64,000 nt of DNA from Pecten maximus (lineage: Eukaryota). The stretch is from positions 6,572,001-6,636,000 of the forward strand of contig NC_047025.1 in NCBI RefSeq assembly GCF_902652985.1, written 5' to 3'. The position numbers and the translations under genes are program-made. Positions 36,861-50,047 of this stretch are shown piece after piece; position 1 is the first letter of the stretch, and every line of letters begins with the position of its first letter. The notes below the pieces were generated by a model. That model was not told where the DNA came from. It worked only from the letters and a program-made list of their open reading frames with translations, and ran no database searches.

Positions 36861-37296
36861 ACATGCAGAGCTGTCCTCTCACAAACATTCAAGCAGGAAG
36901 GTCGGGAAATGGTATTTAAATGATTTAAGGTAGGCTCAAAGTTTGTTTTACATGGAATTCTTTCAAATGCGTTAATTGATATGAATGCTTCGATTCTTAG
37001 TCAGTCCAATTGTATGCAACTTTGACAGATTTTGCCGTGCACATCTCTACAGTAGACATGATTTGCATTGATCATAGGTCAAACAATACTATTCAGTTTA
37101 GCAGTTTAAAATGATTCATTGTGTCTCAAACATGTGTTGTATATGTACATATATAGCGTATTAAGTCCTCACAGCAGGTATTTTCTTTTAAAGGTTCGTC
37201 GATCGGTTCACATCTCCTGCAGTTGAAGATGACAAGATATATGTAGTACTGTACATTATAAGCTCTAATTAGACGAAGACTACGTTCTGTAACAGG

Positions 37297-40200
37297 ATGA
37301 AGCTGTCCTTTAGTTTGGTTGTATCTGCCCTTTTTCTTGGCTACATTGGTCACTCTATGTGGGTTATCTATGGGATTTTCTTCCCCACTCCATGTGCTAA
37401 AGGCAAGAGATGTATTTATCCATATATTGGACAGAAACCAACGCCAGAACTAGAGGTTTGTTTTCATAATTTTCTAGGACATGTACGTGTTTATTTTGTT
37501 AATCAAATTACTTTATTTTGTTACATTTTTGTAAAATTTTCATTATTTGATTAAAATATATAAAACTATTTAAATCTTGATTACATACAATGTAGATCTG
37601 TAATTAATATACAATTGTATAGCTTTATTGGCAGCTTATTAAGGTTGATTGTTATCTCCTTAAGTAATTTTTGCTCAGCTTAACTTCAACAAGGGATGTA
37701 TTACTCAAAACTACTTAAACGTGCAATATGCACAAATACAGTTGATGTATATGATAACAATCTTTTTCAGATGCAAATCTTTACCTCTACAAAGCAGAAA
37801 GGTGTCAGTGAAAGTGATCTGAAGCTGATCTGGAGGAATGACAGTTTGGATATTCATCAGACATATGTAAAGTAAGAGTCAACAATGTAAAGTAAGAGCC
37901 AACAATGTAAAGTAAGAGTCAACAATGTAAAGTAAGAGTCAACATGTAAAGTAGGGTGAACAATGTAAAGTAGGGTGAACAATGTAAAGTAGGGTGAACA
38001 ATGTAAAGTAAGAGTCAACAATGTAAAGTAAGAGTCAACAATGTAAAGTAAGAGTCAATAATGTAAAGTAAGAGTCAACAATGTAAAGTAAGAGTCAATA
38101 ATACATGTAAAGTAAGAGTCAACATTGTAAAGTAAAGTAAGAGTCAACAATGTAAAGTAAGAGTCAATAATGTAAAGTAAGAGCCAACAATGTAAAGTCA
38201 GAGTCAACAATGTAAAGTAGGGTGAACAATGTAAAGTAAGAGTCAATAATACATGTAAAGTAAGAGTCAACATTGTAAAGTAAAGTAAGAGTCATCAATG
38301 TAAAGTAAGAGTCAACAATGAGTTTTGTCTCTTTTATTTGAAATACTGTGAAATTACTCTGTATACTGCATTGGCATTTCAAATAATTTGCGGCCAATAT
38401 AACTCAACTGGCTAGAGCACTGACCACATAATTTAACCTCTGGTGTCTGGTGAGTTCCGAGGTACATGATTCAACGCTTCCTATCCGTGTTGGTTCATGT
38501 TTCTCGAGAAGCTGAGAAATGGGCCTGTCTGGTGCTGTTATGGTTATGTCCTCGGGCAAGACATTTTACCCTAATTGATCTGAATGGCATGTAACATTAA
38601 CAGGCATGTAACATTAACAGGCATACCTTTGTTGTTCAGTGAGGTAGTCACCAACTACTACAAGGAGACCCCACCTCAAAATGATCCTGTCTGTCATGGG
38701 GAAATAAACCCCACAAACAAACAAACATATAGCATAAGTTTGTTATGTAATATGTGTTAGCTACCATTAAGCAACTTGTATGAAATAGATGGGTATACAT
38801 GAAATGTTAAAAGAATCTGAAAATACAAAATATTATTAAGATTACTTTCAACTATGTACAGAGACAAGCTAGAATTTGAGATCATTCTTTTACAGAGATG
38901 TAAATGTTTCCATGCCGCTAAAGACAAGAAGGAATGGAACACTGTACATCCATGTGTTCGTCCATCCAAAGGGACATGATCCATTCGACAGCACCTATAG
39001 CGTACACACCTTGGTAACCATGACAACATACTCTCTGCCGCAAGCAGAGTTCTTCAGTCTGCTTGGGGACAGAAATGAGGTACAGTTAAAACATGTCAAT
39101 GCTAATTACTAGCTGTTTCCCCAAAGTAGAGAAAAGCATATTGAAGGTCAGGGCTTTTTCTAAGGTTTTTTTAATAGACCCCATTCTCAATTGAAATAAT
39201 TTCATATTAAATCAAACTTCCAAAATTTTACTCCCAAAAAAATCTGTACCGATTCACCAACTCTCTTCCCAAAATGAGACAAAAAAAGCCCCATACTAAA
39301 CTAGTGAGAAAAAGCCCTGATGGTTATTCTAAAAAGTAAAAATAGGTTAATTAAGATGATATGTGATCTTCAAATATGTGAGGTTATCATATATTCATTA
39401 CAATTAGATTTGATTGTAACTGTCACTTTTCGTTTATTTTGTTAAGAGTGAGACTCTGGACAGAAACATCCCAATCAGCCACTGGAGGAAGAAATTGTTT
39501 GTGACATTGGTGACCGACCCCTTGGCTATAGACATGCATGCAATTCCAGCCGATTTGTATAAGTTCATCAGGTAACACTCTGAAGAAATGCTATACATAA
39601 TATTTAAAATCATTGGCATTGGTTAAACTCTCGGTCAATTTTGAATTTTAGTACATATTCATAAAAAAAAATATGTAAACTAATCCTATACATAATGGTA
39701 GTACTAAATAAGTAACTCAATCTCGCAATTATATATCGGGCTGGTCTCGGCCACAATTGGAAGCGAAATATCAAAGTCAGATGTTTGTTTTACTTTAATT
39801 CAAAGTACTTAATAGGTTTAATTTTTTTTTTTTTTTTTTATTTAACGTCCTATTAACAGCCAGGGTCATTTAAGGATGTGCCAGGTTTTGGAAGTGGAGG
39901 AAAGCCGGAGTATCCGGTAAAAAACCACCGGCCTACAGTCAGTACCTGGCAACTGCCCCACGTAGGTTTCAAACTCGCAACCCAGTGGTGGAGGGCTAGT
40001 GATAAAGTGTCGGTACACCTTAACCACTCGGCCACCAAGGCCCCGTACTTAATAGGTGGGAAAATCAGCTTCTTTGTTTATGTTTTCAGTACAATTAGTT
40101 AAGAATGTGTTATGGTTTCTGTTTCAGTCCTGCCCCAAATGGACGCTACTTGCCAATCGTATACATAGACCATATCAGTTTCAGAGTGAGGGATCTCCTG

Positions 40201-43200
40201 GTAAGGAATACAGTTGTAGCAGTTGTGGAACTTGATGGTTCAATAAATTATTCTATTAAATTATAAGAACAAAAATAAAAGCGACCTCACGTTTGTATGA
40301 ATAATTGATGTTTGCAAATCTATTTGTAATGGTAGCAGCTTTGATCTCTGATTTGAGGGGGTTTTGTAATTTGGTAATTGTCAAAATAAAGAAAAGGCCT
40401 TTACATATTTTAGTTACATAATATGTCTAGTGCTCTGTTTGAGACATTTTCCAGTGCCATGTTCTCCAGGTGACTGTTTGTTTATACTGGTATATATTCT
40501 CAAAAGGTGAGGCCTCGTGGAAATATCACCTTTCCCAGGTTAACAATTTCTAGTATTAACCTAAACACAGTCAATAATTGTATAATATTAATCACTACAA
40601 CATGTTATGTTGTTTGACTGTGTTATGGGTATGTTCCTCTATTTCAGAAGTATTTGATTATTGTGATTCATAATTTTTCTATTTCAGCCAATCAACAAGA
40701 GCTCAAGCACCATGCCTCTGAGTATAACATACTCGCCCATCTCGGTTGGCAAATTACGATTCTGGAACAACATGTTGGAGTCCATGAAGATGCTACATGG
40801 ATTCGGTAATCTATAATTTTTCATTTCAAAATATTTCATTCAATCAAATATTTGAATTAATATAATATTTCATGATAAAGATAGAATCTAGATATAAAAA
40901 ATGGATTCGACAATAGCCTAAGCCTATACAGGTCCTTTCCGCAAATTTACAATCAATTACATATAAATTTACAATTGGTGATCAATGAAAATGAGCTGTT
41001 CTGAATGTGGCAAGTTTGTGATCAAAAATTAAATCTTTTTATTCTCTATGTTGGTGAATTAAAGAAAAATGAATTTCAGTAATGATCATTGTAGAGTTAT
41101 CTCCCCCTTACAGTTATTTTAGAAATGAATGCACAGTAAAGAAGCTAGTGGGTTTTTGATAAATGGGCAGGGCCTGGGTTGTGGTAGCAGGAAATCTCTG
41201 TTATTGTCACCACGACTTGCTTTTGATATTTGTCAAATGACCCATACCAACAGATAAAGTATATTGTTTCTGTAGAACCTTTTCAGCCTTTCCTTTATAG
41301 TCACATGTGAAATAAAAAAAGACATTGTTATACACTCAAAATAATTTAAAAAATAATTGTCTTAATGATAAGATTTTTTTTAGAAAACTCATAGCTTCTC
41401 AAACCATTGAAAGTAGAGTTAGAATGATTGACACTTAGGTTTCACTTCTTCAGGTTTCTCTGATAAAGATACAGATGAGGTGAAAGGAATCTTCGCTGAT
41501 ACAAATTTTACCTTCCTGATGCTAACGTTTGCTGTAGCTGCATTCCATGTAAGTATTGTCTCCATCATAATGATTGTATTTCTCACCTCCAAAAGTGATT
41601 GCATTTTGTTTTAATATTTAAATGTACATTACATGTCATGTACTTTCTTGTTGAATATGTATCATTTGTATCAATTTTTTCCTCAAGGTGAAGTAAATAA
41701 TTTCAATTATCTCTCATACTCATTAAATACATGATATTCTACAAAAAGGTATTAAATTTTTTATTTAGTTAATTTAACAATCATATGATAAATATGAAAA
41801 TGCTCTGTCAAAAATGTCTCTTACTTTATGATTAATATTATTATAAGTCTTAGAGTAAGTATATTTAATAATTTATATATAAGATAAAATATCGTCTATA
41901 AGTAATAGAGATCTTCGAATCGAATACACAGATCTTAGACAACCTTAAATGTATATAAAAGGATATCTTACATTCAACTTCACATATATCTAGAGAAAAT
42001 AATATAGAGATGCTCATTTAAAGTTGACTAACAGATTGAATGAGTTTGCGATCTTCCATGATTCTTCTTTCCCTTCCAGTTACTCTTCGACTTCCTCGCT
42101 TTTAAGAATGATATAAGTTATTGGAAGGGACGTAGGTCAATGGTGGGCCTTTCTTCCAGAGCAGGTAAGATTAATGAAATATATAACTCCTGTATGATGT
42201 AGAAAGAGATATCTCAATTAACCCTGGCGATGTTTAGCTATACGAAAATCCTCTTGCATTCCAAACTTTTTTTTTTTGAAAATTTAAATCCTTCATACAC
42301 AGCACCAATGAGTGGCCATGGCACTTTGTATTGGGAACTTATTGCATTGAGACATCACTAAAGATGTAATGAAATACACAACTATATGTAACAGAGCGCA
42401 GGAATTATATAAATTTAAATCACTGCCTCCGCAAGGGATCGAACCCGGGACCTCTGGCTTACTAGTCTTACGCTCAACCGATCGATCTAAAGAGAAGATC
42501 TCTCTAGCCGAGCGGTATATTGGGGCTAGTATTTACCAGGGTTACATATATTGATGATGCTATCCAACCATGGTATTGCTTTTTTAATTTGTAAGGGGAT
42601 TTATTGTGAGTGGTTTGAAATGTTTTAAAATAAGGGTGTTTTCGAGCTGTGTCTACTTGAAGTGGGAGACAGGACCATCTTTTCATAGGGAATTCCTGGT
42701 TTCACAGTTATAGTTGTGGGACAAAATTTTATGTAATTAGGATGCATTTGTGTGATGCTCAATTTTCTGGTCATTGGAAATACGAAAATAACTATCCTAC
42801 CACATATCAGTTGGATAATTCTGTATTTAAGTAGAAACGTAGGTATAACTGTCGCTATAATTTCTATAATTCAAGTTTTGTGTTGATGTGTAGGAGGTAC
42901 CATCTAAACGCTATTGTGTTTTATGTTTCAGTTCTGTGGAGGTGTGTTTCAACAATAATCATCTTTTTCTACCTGATGGACCAGGAGACTAGTTTACTGG
43001 TACTGGTGCCTGCTGGAATAGGAGCTATTATAGAGGTCAGTCTACATATCATTTTTACTGGGGCTCGGTGGTCTTTGAAATGATAGAAACGATGCATATT
43101 AAAAATTCTTTTTAGTTTGCTTTTGGACCCATTGGAATAAATATTTCATTGGATGTTATTATTTGATACATTGTATGTTTCTGTCAGCAATGTATGAATG

Positions 43201-46200
43201 GGCAGTGATAGCTCAGTCAGCTTAGAGTGCCAGCTATGTTATCTCAGGTGACGATCCGAGGTGCACGTGTGGTTCAATGCTCACTACCCTTGTTTTTCAG
43301 TAAGGTAGTCACCAACTACTACAATGAGACCCCGCCTCAAAATGACCCTAGCTGTTAACGGGCAATAAACCCAGCAAGCAAACTAACAAACTTCCTTTGC
43401 TTCATACAAGCAGTGCACAATAATTCAATACAGTAGATAAATGTCTTTCAATTACAAATTAAGATCTTTAGAAAGATGTCTACACCCCCGTGTATACAAT
43501 CTCATTTATTTTAATTTGAAATTTAAAGTTCTTTGTCTTTACTCAATGTATGTCTAGTCAGCTGACCATTAAAGTTCTTGTGAATATTTTCATTATCTTA
43601 GATCCAAGGTTAGAGCCAACTCCGTTGCTTTAATGAAGGTTCCGTCGGTTCATGATATCCCTTGTCTGGGTACCAATTTACTTATCCTGAACTTGTTGTG
43701 ATTGACTGCTCTTCTTTCTTTGTAGGTTTGGAAAGTAAAGAAAGCTTTAAAATTAACAATACACTGGAAAGGAATAAAACCTACTTTTGAAGTAAGTTAT
43801 GGTGTTTTTGCTCCTGCGAAACTTGATTCAACCTGCTGTAAATTTATACGTTTGTAGATCTCAGATTTTGCAACTATTATTATACCCGAAAATAATTATG
43901 AAACCTAAATAATTAAATCTTGGGTATTCGGACATCCTCTCTAATCAATCAATTCTGACATCTTGAATTAATGAATCCCCTGGAATATTCATGTTTATTT
44001 TAAGCCAGAGTTTGCATATCATTACCATATTCATCCAGCAAAAGTCCATTCTTGGATGTAAGCCTATCCTGTGTATTTTGCATTTCACAACTAGCAGAAA
44101 TTGTTACAGTCTGTCATTCAAGTTAAATGATGTAAATATGTATTTACATGTGAATGACATATACACTTTGATTAATATAACTTTATGGTGGAGCTACAAT
44201 AGCTCAGTTGGTTAGAGTCCTGGTTATAGGTAGTTACCTCAAGTGAATATCCAAAAAAAAACAAAAAAGGTGCTTGATTCGACACTCCCTACCCATGCCG
44301 GTTTATATTTCTCGGGAAGTGGAGAAATGAGACGGTTTGTGTTGTCATGGTTGTTTCCTTGGGCAAGACATTTTACCCTTATTGCTCTGGACGGCACACG
44401 AAGAGCCTCTCATATTTTGTTCAATGAGGTAGCCACCAACTACTACAAGGAGATTGTGCCTCAAAATGACTCTGGCTGTTCATGGGACAATAAACCCAGC
44501 AAACAATCATGGAATGTTACTTGTTAGGATCAATGCCATAAAGAGGAGAAATATGGATTCAGCAAAATGAAATGGAGTTATAAATATGTACAAGTGTTTG
44601 ATGAAAAAGAGTTTGATGAAAAAAACTGATGAAAAAAATATGAAACAAATACACAGATTTTATTCTGACTGTAGGACTTAATTCTGCTGCTGTCAGCACA
44701 ATAGATTTTGAGTAAATTCTGATGACAGCTTGGACATAATTTTACAGGAATAGCACGCAACTAGTAAAACGTAATTTTAAAGGGATAGCAGCTCTAGGGT
44801 TAATCATTGAGTTGAGGTGAAAATTCTGGTTTTAATTGATAAGTGTGGAATTTGATTTAATGTAAGTGATTTGATGTTTTAGCACTGAAGCATTGCACTT
44901 TCTTGTGTTATTTTAAGAATTGTTACTACCACTTTAATTAATATGTGATACATTTTATATATATTCTTTACAAAAAGGTTGGCAAGACTTCTGACCAGGA
45001 GAAAGAAACTGCAGCCTTTGATTCTGAGGTATGTAACAGAATGCTGATTAGACATTGTATCTCTATTATTAGTCATATATCAGTGAAACTGGGAGTACTA
45101 TAGGTTTCCTCCTTGTTTGTCTGTCTGTCTGTCCATCTTTCTGTCCGTCAGTCTGTCCACTCAGTTTTCCTCTCTTTTCTCAGCCATGCTTAAAGGTATG
45201 TTGATGAAAGTACATGTAGTTACAGATCAAGTTTGAGTTTCATATTTTTTGGGTCAAAGTCAATGTCATTATTACTATTTTTAGCGAGGGCCGGTAGGGG
45301 ACATGTATGACTTTAGCAATACCCAGCATGCTTGTTATAATTACCAATGAAAAACCATTGTTAACTGTTAACCCTTTCAACCCTAAGAAACTTTAGTGGA
45401 CTCTACCATTCTTTCATAAGTTGAAGTCCAATATGGTCAGTAGGGGTGAAAGGGTTAAGTGTTTATTGTATGTCGCCGTACTGTTTCACTAATTATGTAT
45501 TAAATCGTTACAGGCTATGAAATATTTGTCCTACCTACTGCTACCTCTGTGTTTGGGTGGAGCTGTGTATTCCCTGTTCTATACACCACATAAAAGGTAA
45601 CATGCACCTGTATTTCTCGTTATCTGTGTCATATCTAAAAATGCGATAATACAACACTGATGTTTTGTCTGTAATGCTATGTGGCTGAGTTAAATGCCAT
45701 ATTAAAATAAATTTAATCTACTGATGTTAGTTAAATTTGATATCAAATGAAGCTATGACAATATATGAAACAGGCAATGCCTTGAAAGAGCTCAGCTACC
45801 TTATCTAGCAGTATAATTTTGCTCTAAATCTACCAATTGCTAAAATGTATAGTGTGGTCACAGGAGTTTGTATCTGGCAATAAGTATTTATAAAAGATAA
45901 TGAGCTTAATACAGACAAGTCTTTTGGGTTTTTACCAACTAGATCAACTACGTTCAGTACCCATAACTCACACCAAACTTTTGGTGTTATTTCAGTTGGT
46001 ATTCCTGGTGTATTCAGAGCCTCGTAAATGGTAAGTTTGTATTAAATCCTCCTTATTGACAAACATTTTTCTTCCTGCTTTTCTGTGTACATGAGGTTTC
46101 TGATATTTTTTTATTGCTGGAAACAAATTTCAAGCTGAAAAATTTATATATTATGATATAATATAATTATGTCCAAAATTTAACAATTGTCATATTATTC

Positions 46201-48154
46201 TATAGACTAGTACATTTACTAAGGGCTATTCGAGTAAAATATCTACCACACCCCAGGACTCCAGGTTTTGTTAAGGGGTACCACCCAAAGAATTTATTTA
46301 GTAAATTACATAGAAGTAATAGGACGGAGATATAAATATAACCATGAAAGAAGTGATTTATTTTGGAGTCCTGGGGTAAGGTAGATATTTTAATGGAATA
46401 GCCCTGATCAATTTGGTCGTAGAGATTCTTTTTACTAAAAGCAAAACCTGAAACTTTTATCCATAGGGACATCTCATTCTGCCGTGATTGCTGTCCTGAA
46501 GTGATTCTGTTTCAGGTTCAAAGTGTACTAAATACATAAAAAAACTTAAGATAAATAACAGTGCTGTTGTGTTAGACATCTTCCTTCCTTGTTTGAAACT
46601 TAATGTTATATTTTGGAATTTTAATATTTTATATCATTCTGTTTCAGGAGTGTATGCATTTGGGTTCCTTTTTATGCTACCTCAACTGTTTGTGAATTAT
46701 AAGGTAAGGCTTCACTCTCCTCTCTGATGACTATATCTTGGTCTCCCTAAGATCGTAGTTCTTTCTTGCTTTTCAATTTGTTGTATACTTTTCCAATACG
46801 GGAACTGAAAACTGGCAACTTTCGAATCGACTGCAAGTTAATTAGTTAATTAAAATTTATACTGACAGTAGTAAGTAACTGTTTTCTAGATATAATTACT
46901 GATGCTCATAGAGCAGAGAATACCATATCCTCAATACTCTAAGGGTTACTGTGTCACTTTGATCAGGATCCATGGAATATGTTCATCCATGATACTCCAG
47001 AGGTTATGTTTACTTTTGCTCACGGAGCCCCTGGAATCCCGGGGATATGTACAGCTGCAATATTTATATGATTTACTCTCGACTAGCACCTCTGGGATAT
47101 GTTCATCCTCGATGCAAAGAGAAAAGTGAACATGGTCTCTTAAGTATCATGGATGAGGTAATTAATATCAAAATGATTTAATATTAAATAAATAATTTTA
47201 ATAATTTTTAACAATTTAAAAAATAATCATTTGTTTCAGATGAAGTCTGTAGCACATCTACCATGGAGGGCTTTCACCTATAAGGTATGTAATTAACCAC
47301 ACATAGGAGTGCTGCTGTAATTATGAAAGGGCCTGCATTGTTGTTTGACAGGCTTTGTTTAGTTTTAACAACTTATTGACAATTACGCTTCATAAATGAA
47401 TACACTTATTCAATGAGGGTTTCCCTGTTTCCCTGGGAACTTTGTTTTGGTGTCATTACTTAGGATATGATGAGATCCTTATTCCACATGATGTAAGGAA
47501 TGCATTAAAGCATTAAATATGTCAGACTGAATCAAGAAAAAAAAAAAGCATAAATTTTGTCTTCATGTTAAAATCTCTTGTTATATTTCCATGCCATTGT
47601 CTTGTTAAAATACTATTGTCTATAATTTTTGTTTTCATTTTTTTCAGGCATTCAACACTTTTATAGATGATATATTTGCTTTCATTATCACCATGCCAAC
47701 CGCTCACCGACTAGCCTGTTTCCGTGACGATGTAGTTTTTGTTGTTTATCTGTATCAGAGATGGTGAGTCCCTTATAATTATATTATCTGAGGTTAAAAG
47801 TTTGTCATCTTGAATTTAATAACTTCAAGATTTTATAATTATCTTGTAATGCTTAAACTAATTTTTTACTTATATTTTTATCAGCGAATTATTGACTTTG
47901 TGATATACAAAAAACAATTTGAAGTTGTTTATGAGCTGCTAGCAGTAGTTTGATAAATATTTTTTGAGAGACCCTCTGAATATAAGAAATCATTTAGTAA
48001 ATATGTTATTTTTATTAAATAAGTATTTTGCAACACTGAATGTTTTGTGATCATCATGATTATTTTCTTTATCAGGCTCTATCCAGTTGATAAAAAGAGA
48101 GTGAATGAATTTGGAAGGTCATATGAAGATGAAGATGAGAAAAAGAAGAATTAG
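37297..48154 (+). CDS. CLPTM1L: CLPTM1-like protein / lipid scramblase CLPTM1L (~524 aa, 17 coding exons)
   Basis: Exons 37297-37455, 37771-37871, 38896-39079, 39447-39571, 40128-40200, 40688-40805, 41454-41548, 42080-42164, 42932-43035, 43726-43791, 44978-45028, 45514-45596, 45996-46030, 46648-46703, 47240-47284, 47648-47763, 48076-48154 join in frame (1575 nt). Motifs: [93 protein letters not shown]; C-terminal KKKN ER-retrieval-like signal. Confidence 0.95.
37865..38320 (+). repeat. Minisatellite, ~20 bp unit (ATGTAAAGTAAGAGTCAACA), ~21 copies, derived from the CLPTM1L coding exon 2 splice donor
   Basis: The first unit overlaps the real junction ATGTAAA|GTAAGA at 37871/37872. Confidence 0.9.
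38397..38727 (+). mobile_element. tRNA-derived CORE-type SINE
   Basis: A-box-like head, CTCGGGCAAGACATTTTACCCTAATTG core, (AAAC)n tail. Confidence 0.7.
39149..39319. mobile_element. MITE with CAGGGCTTTTTC / GAAAAAGCCCTG terminal inverted repeats (hAT-like ends)
   Basis: 12-bp perfect TIR; no clear TSD. Confidence 0.55.
39818..40044 (-). mobile_element. Full-length tRNA-derived V-domain SINE with 13-bp TSD
   Basis: Head GGGGCCTTGGTGGCCGAGTGGTTAAGG, B-box-like GAGTTTGAAACC, V-domain-like CCGGATACTCCGGCTTTCCTCC, poly-A tail; GTACTTAATAGGT duplicated at 39805-39817 and 40045-40057. Confidence 0.85.
42387..42546 (-). mobile_element. 160-bp solo-LTR-like element containing a tRNA-like sequence
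   Basis: TGTAAC...GTTACA termini, TATA on both flanks, and an internal minus-strand tRNA-like segment (~42422-42495) with B-box GGTTCGATCCC. Confidence 0.6.
43208..43391 (+). mobile_element. Internally deleted CORE-type SINE
   Basis: Head ATAGCTCAGTCAGCTTAGAG and 3' end GTAGTCACCAACTACTACA..CCTCAAAATGACC..AATAAACCCAGC shared with the family. Confidence 0.65.
44198..44505 (+). mobile_element. tRNA-derived CORE-type SINE
   Basis: Head ATAGCTCAGTTGGTTAGAG, CTTGGGCAAGACATTTTACCCT core, shared 3' end. Confidence 0.7.
45372..45454. mobile_element. piggyBac-like mini-MITE
   Basis: TTAA|CCCTTTCA...TGAAAGGG|TTAA; a degenerate relative lies at ~50298-50380. Confidence 0.7.
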
Positions 48155-49394
48155 TGGGCCAGTTGCTAAAAATTCTACAAAAGGACCAATTTTCAAGCCA
48201 AAAGGATGTATATATTTCTTAAGATTAATAAGTTGAGATTTCAGTTCACAGGGAAGTTTAGAAACAAGGAATTGTTTCTACTGCACAACTATCTTTCAAT
48301 TCTTAAAGTTATTAATAAAAATTTGATTTTCCCAAAATCGAAATTGCCATATTTATATATGTGAAGGTGTAAAGTACTGTATCATCATGTATATATATAT
48401 ATATTTGATTGTGTAACATTGATCTACACAGAATCAAAAATATTGCAGAGACTATCCTAAATTAAAATATATTTACAAATTAACTATAAAAGCAAATTCT
48501 TTCAGTATTAAAATTTGCTGATAAAGTTCCTGTTGTGAAAGTTGAGATTAACAGAAATCCATGACTTAAGATCTGCAAATGATTAACTTTATTTACAGTT
48601 TCTGACCCAGTGAAGAACCCTTTTCAAAAATAAACAGGATTCTAGTTTATTTTATTTCTAGAAACTTCAATCCTGAGATAACTTTTTAGAGTTTCTTTTA
48701 AAATCCATGTTTTTATTGTGATTGTTTAAGTTTTCATAGAATGTGTTTGATATTGTTGGTGCTTTAAATAGTATGTTGTATGACGACGTTGTTTTCGTTA
48801 TGTCCGCTATTGAAGTTTGAATCTAAATAATGAAATTTTTAATTGAAAATATTCTACTTTATGAAAATAAATATTTATTTTATTTTATAGTACATGTAGT
48901 ATACAGTAAATGTATTCATATAACCAAATTTAATCAGATAATAGCACAAATATGAATTGTGTGATGTAATTATTATTGGGGTATCCAAGTTGTTTACTAT
49001 TTAAATTGTATATGTTAAAAAGTTATTGTTGCAATTATAATTTAGCACAATGCTGTTATCCCTGAAATACATACATGCATGTTTGTTGTATTACCTTGCC
49101 CTTTTGAAGATTACAGAGCCTACCGGTGATCCGAGGTGATGTTGTTTTCTCAATATAAATCTGAACAGAAGAGATTTTATTACATTTTTACCAGTGAAAT
49201 ATCAAAAATTATTCAATCTATAAAAAATATCACTTTTGCTGATTTGACCAATCAGATTAATGATTAGAAAATACCAAAATAATTAACCAATCAGAAAGCC
49301 CGACATATATGTCAGCACCTGGACAGGGGGGACTACATTTTTTAGGGAACTGTAGGCCTAGTTATCATACGGGGTAGGTTTTTCATTGATAAAA

Positions 49395-49540
49395 AATGTA
49401 ATAAACAGAATATCTAACAGTGTCTTCAGTAATACCAAATATATTTCACTTGTGTGGCTAATATTTTGATATTTTTCACTCGTGCTGCACACTCGAGAAA
49501 TATATTTGGTATTACTGAAGACACTGTTAGATATCCTCTA
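49395..49540. mobile_element. Fold-back (inverted repeat) element
   Basis: ATATCTAACAGTGTCTTCAGTAATACCAAATATATTTC ... GAAATATATTTGGTATTACTGAAGACACTGTTAGATAT, a ~38-bp perfect inverted repeat. Confidence 0.7.
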
Positions 49541-49794
49541 TTGCTTTGTTCTGATGGCTAGTCATTGATTCAATATGTTTGATCTCAAATATAAATAGTA
49601 TTTGATTTTTGAATTACTCATTACCAAGCTTATAAGGTATACCTTTTTAGGTAAGCTACATTTGTATAATGGAATGGAACCTTACATACAGTTCAGCTAC
49701 ATTTATATTTTGGATTGAAACACAAACAAGATTTTTTAATGTTGCAACACTTCTGACAACCCAGCAAATGCCTCTTGACTTCAAGTAAAACAAA

Positions 49795-50047
49795 TTTTGT
49801 GTTTTGGCAATTGTCCTCTGAATGTCTATTGTGGTAATATTTTTGTTTGTGTTTTGGTAATTGTCTTTGGAATGTCTATTGTGGTGTTATTTTTTGTGTG
49901 TGTTTTTTGGTAATTTTCTTTGGAATGTCTATTGTGGGGATGTATTTTTTGTGTTTTGGTAATTGTCTTCGGAATGTCTATTGTGGTGATATTTTTTTTT
50001 TTTTTTTGTGTGTTTTGGTAATTGTCTTCGGAATGTCTAATGTGGTA
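49795..50047. repeat. Minisatellite, ~48-55 bp unit (TTTGTGTTTTGGTAATTGTCTTCGGAATGTCTATTGTGG), ~5 copies
   Basis: Directly visible. Confidence 0.8.

Noticed and set aside
31575-38320. CRISPR-like reading of the short repeat arrays (also 110-370 and 56637-57130)
   Set aside because: Units are head-to-tail without unique spacers, the context is eukaryotic and intronic, and there are no cas genes.
42420-42497. Functional tRNA-Thr(AGT) gene
   Set aside because: The anticodon and acceptor stems do not pair properly and the sequence sits inside a TGT...ACA-bounded element.
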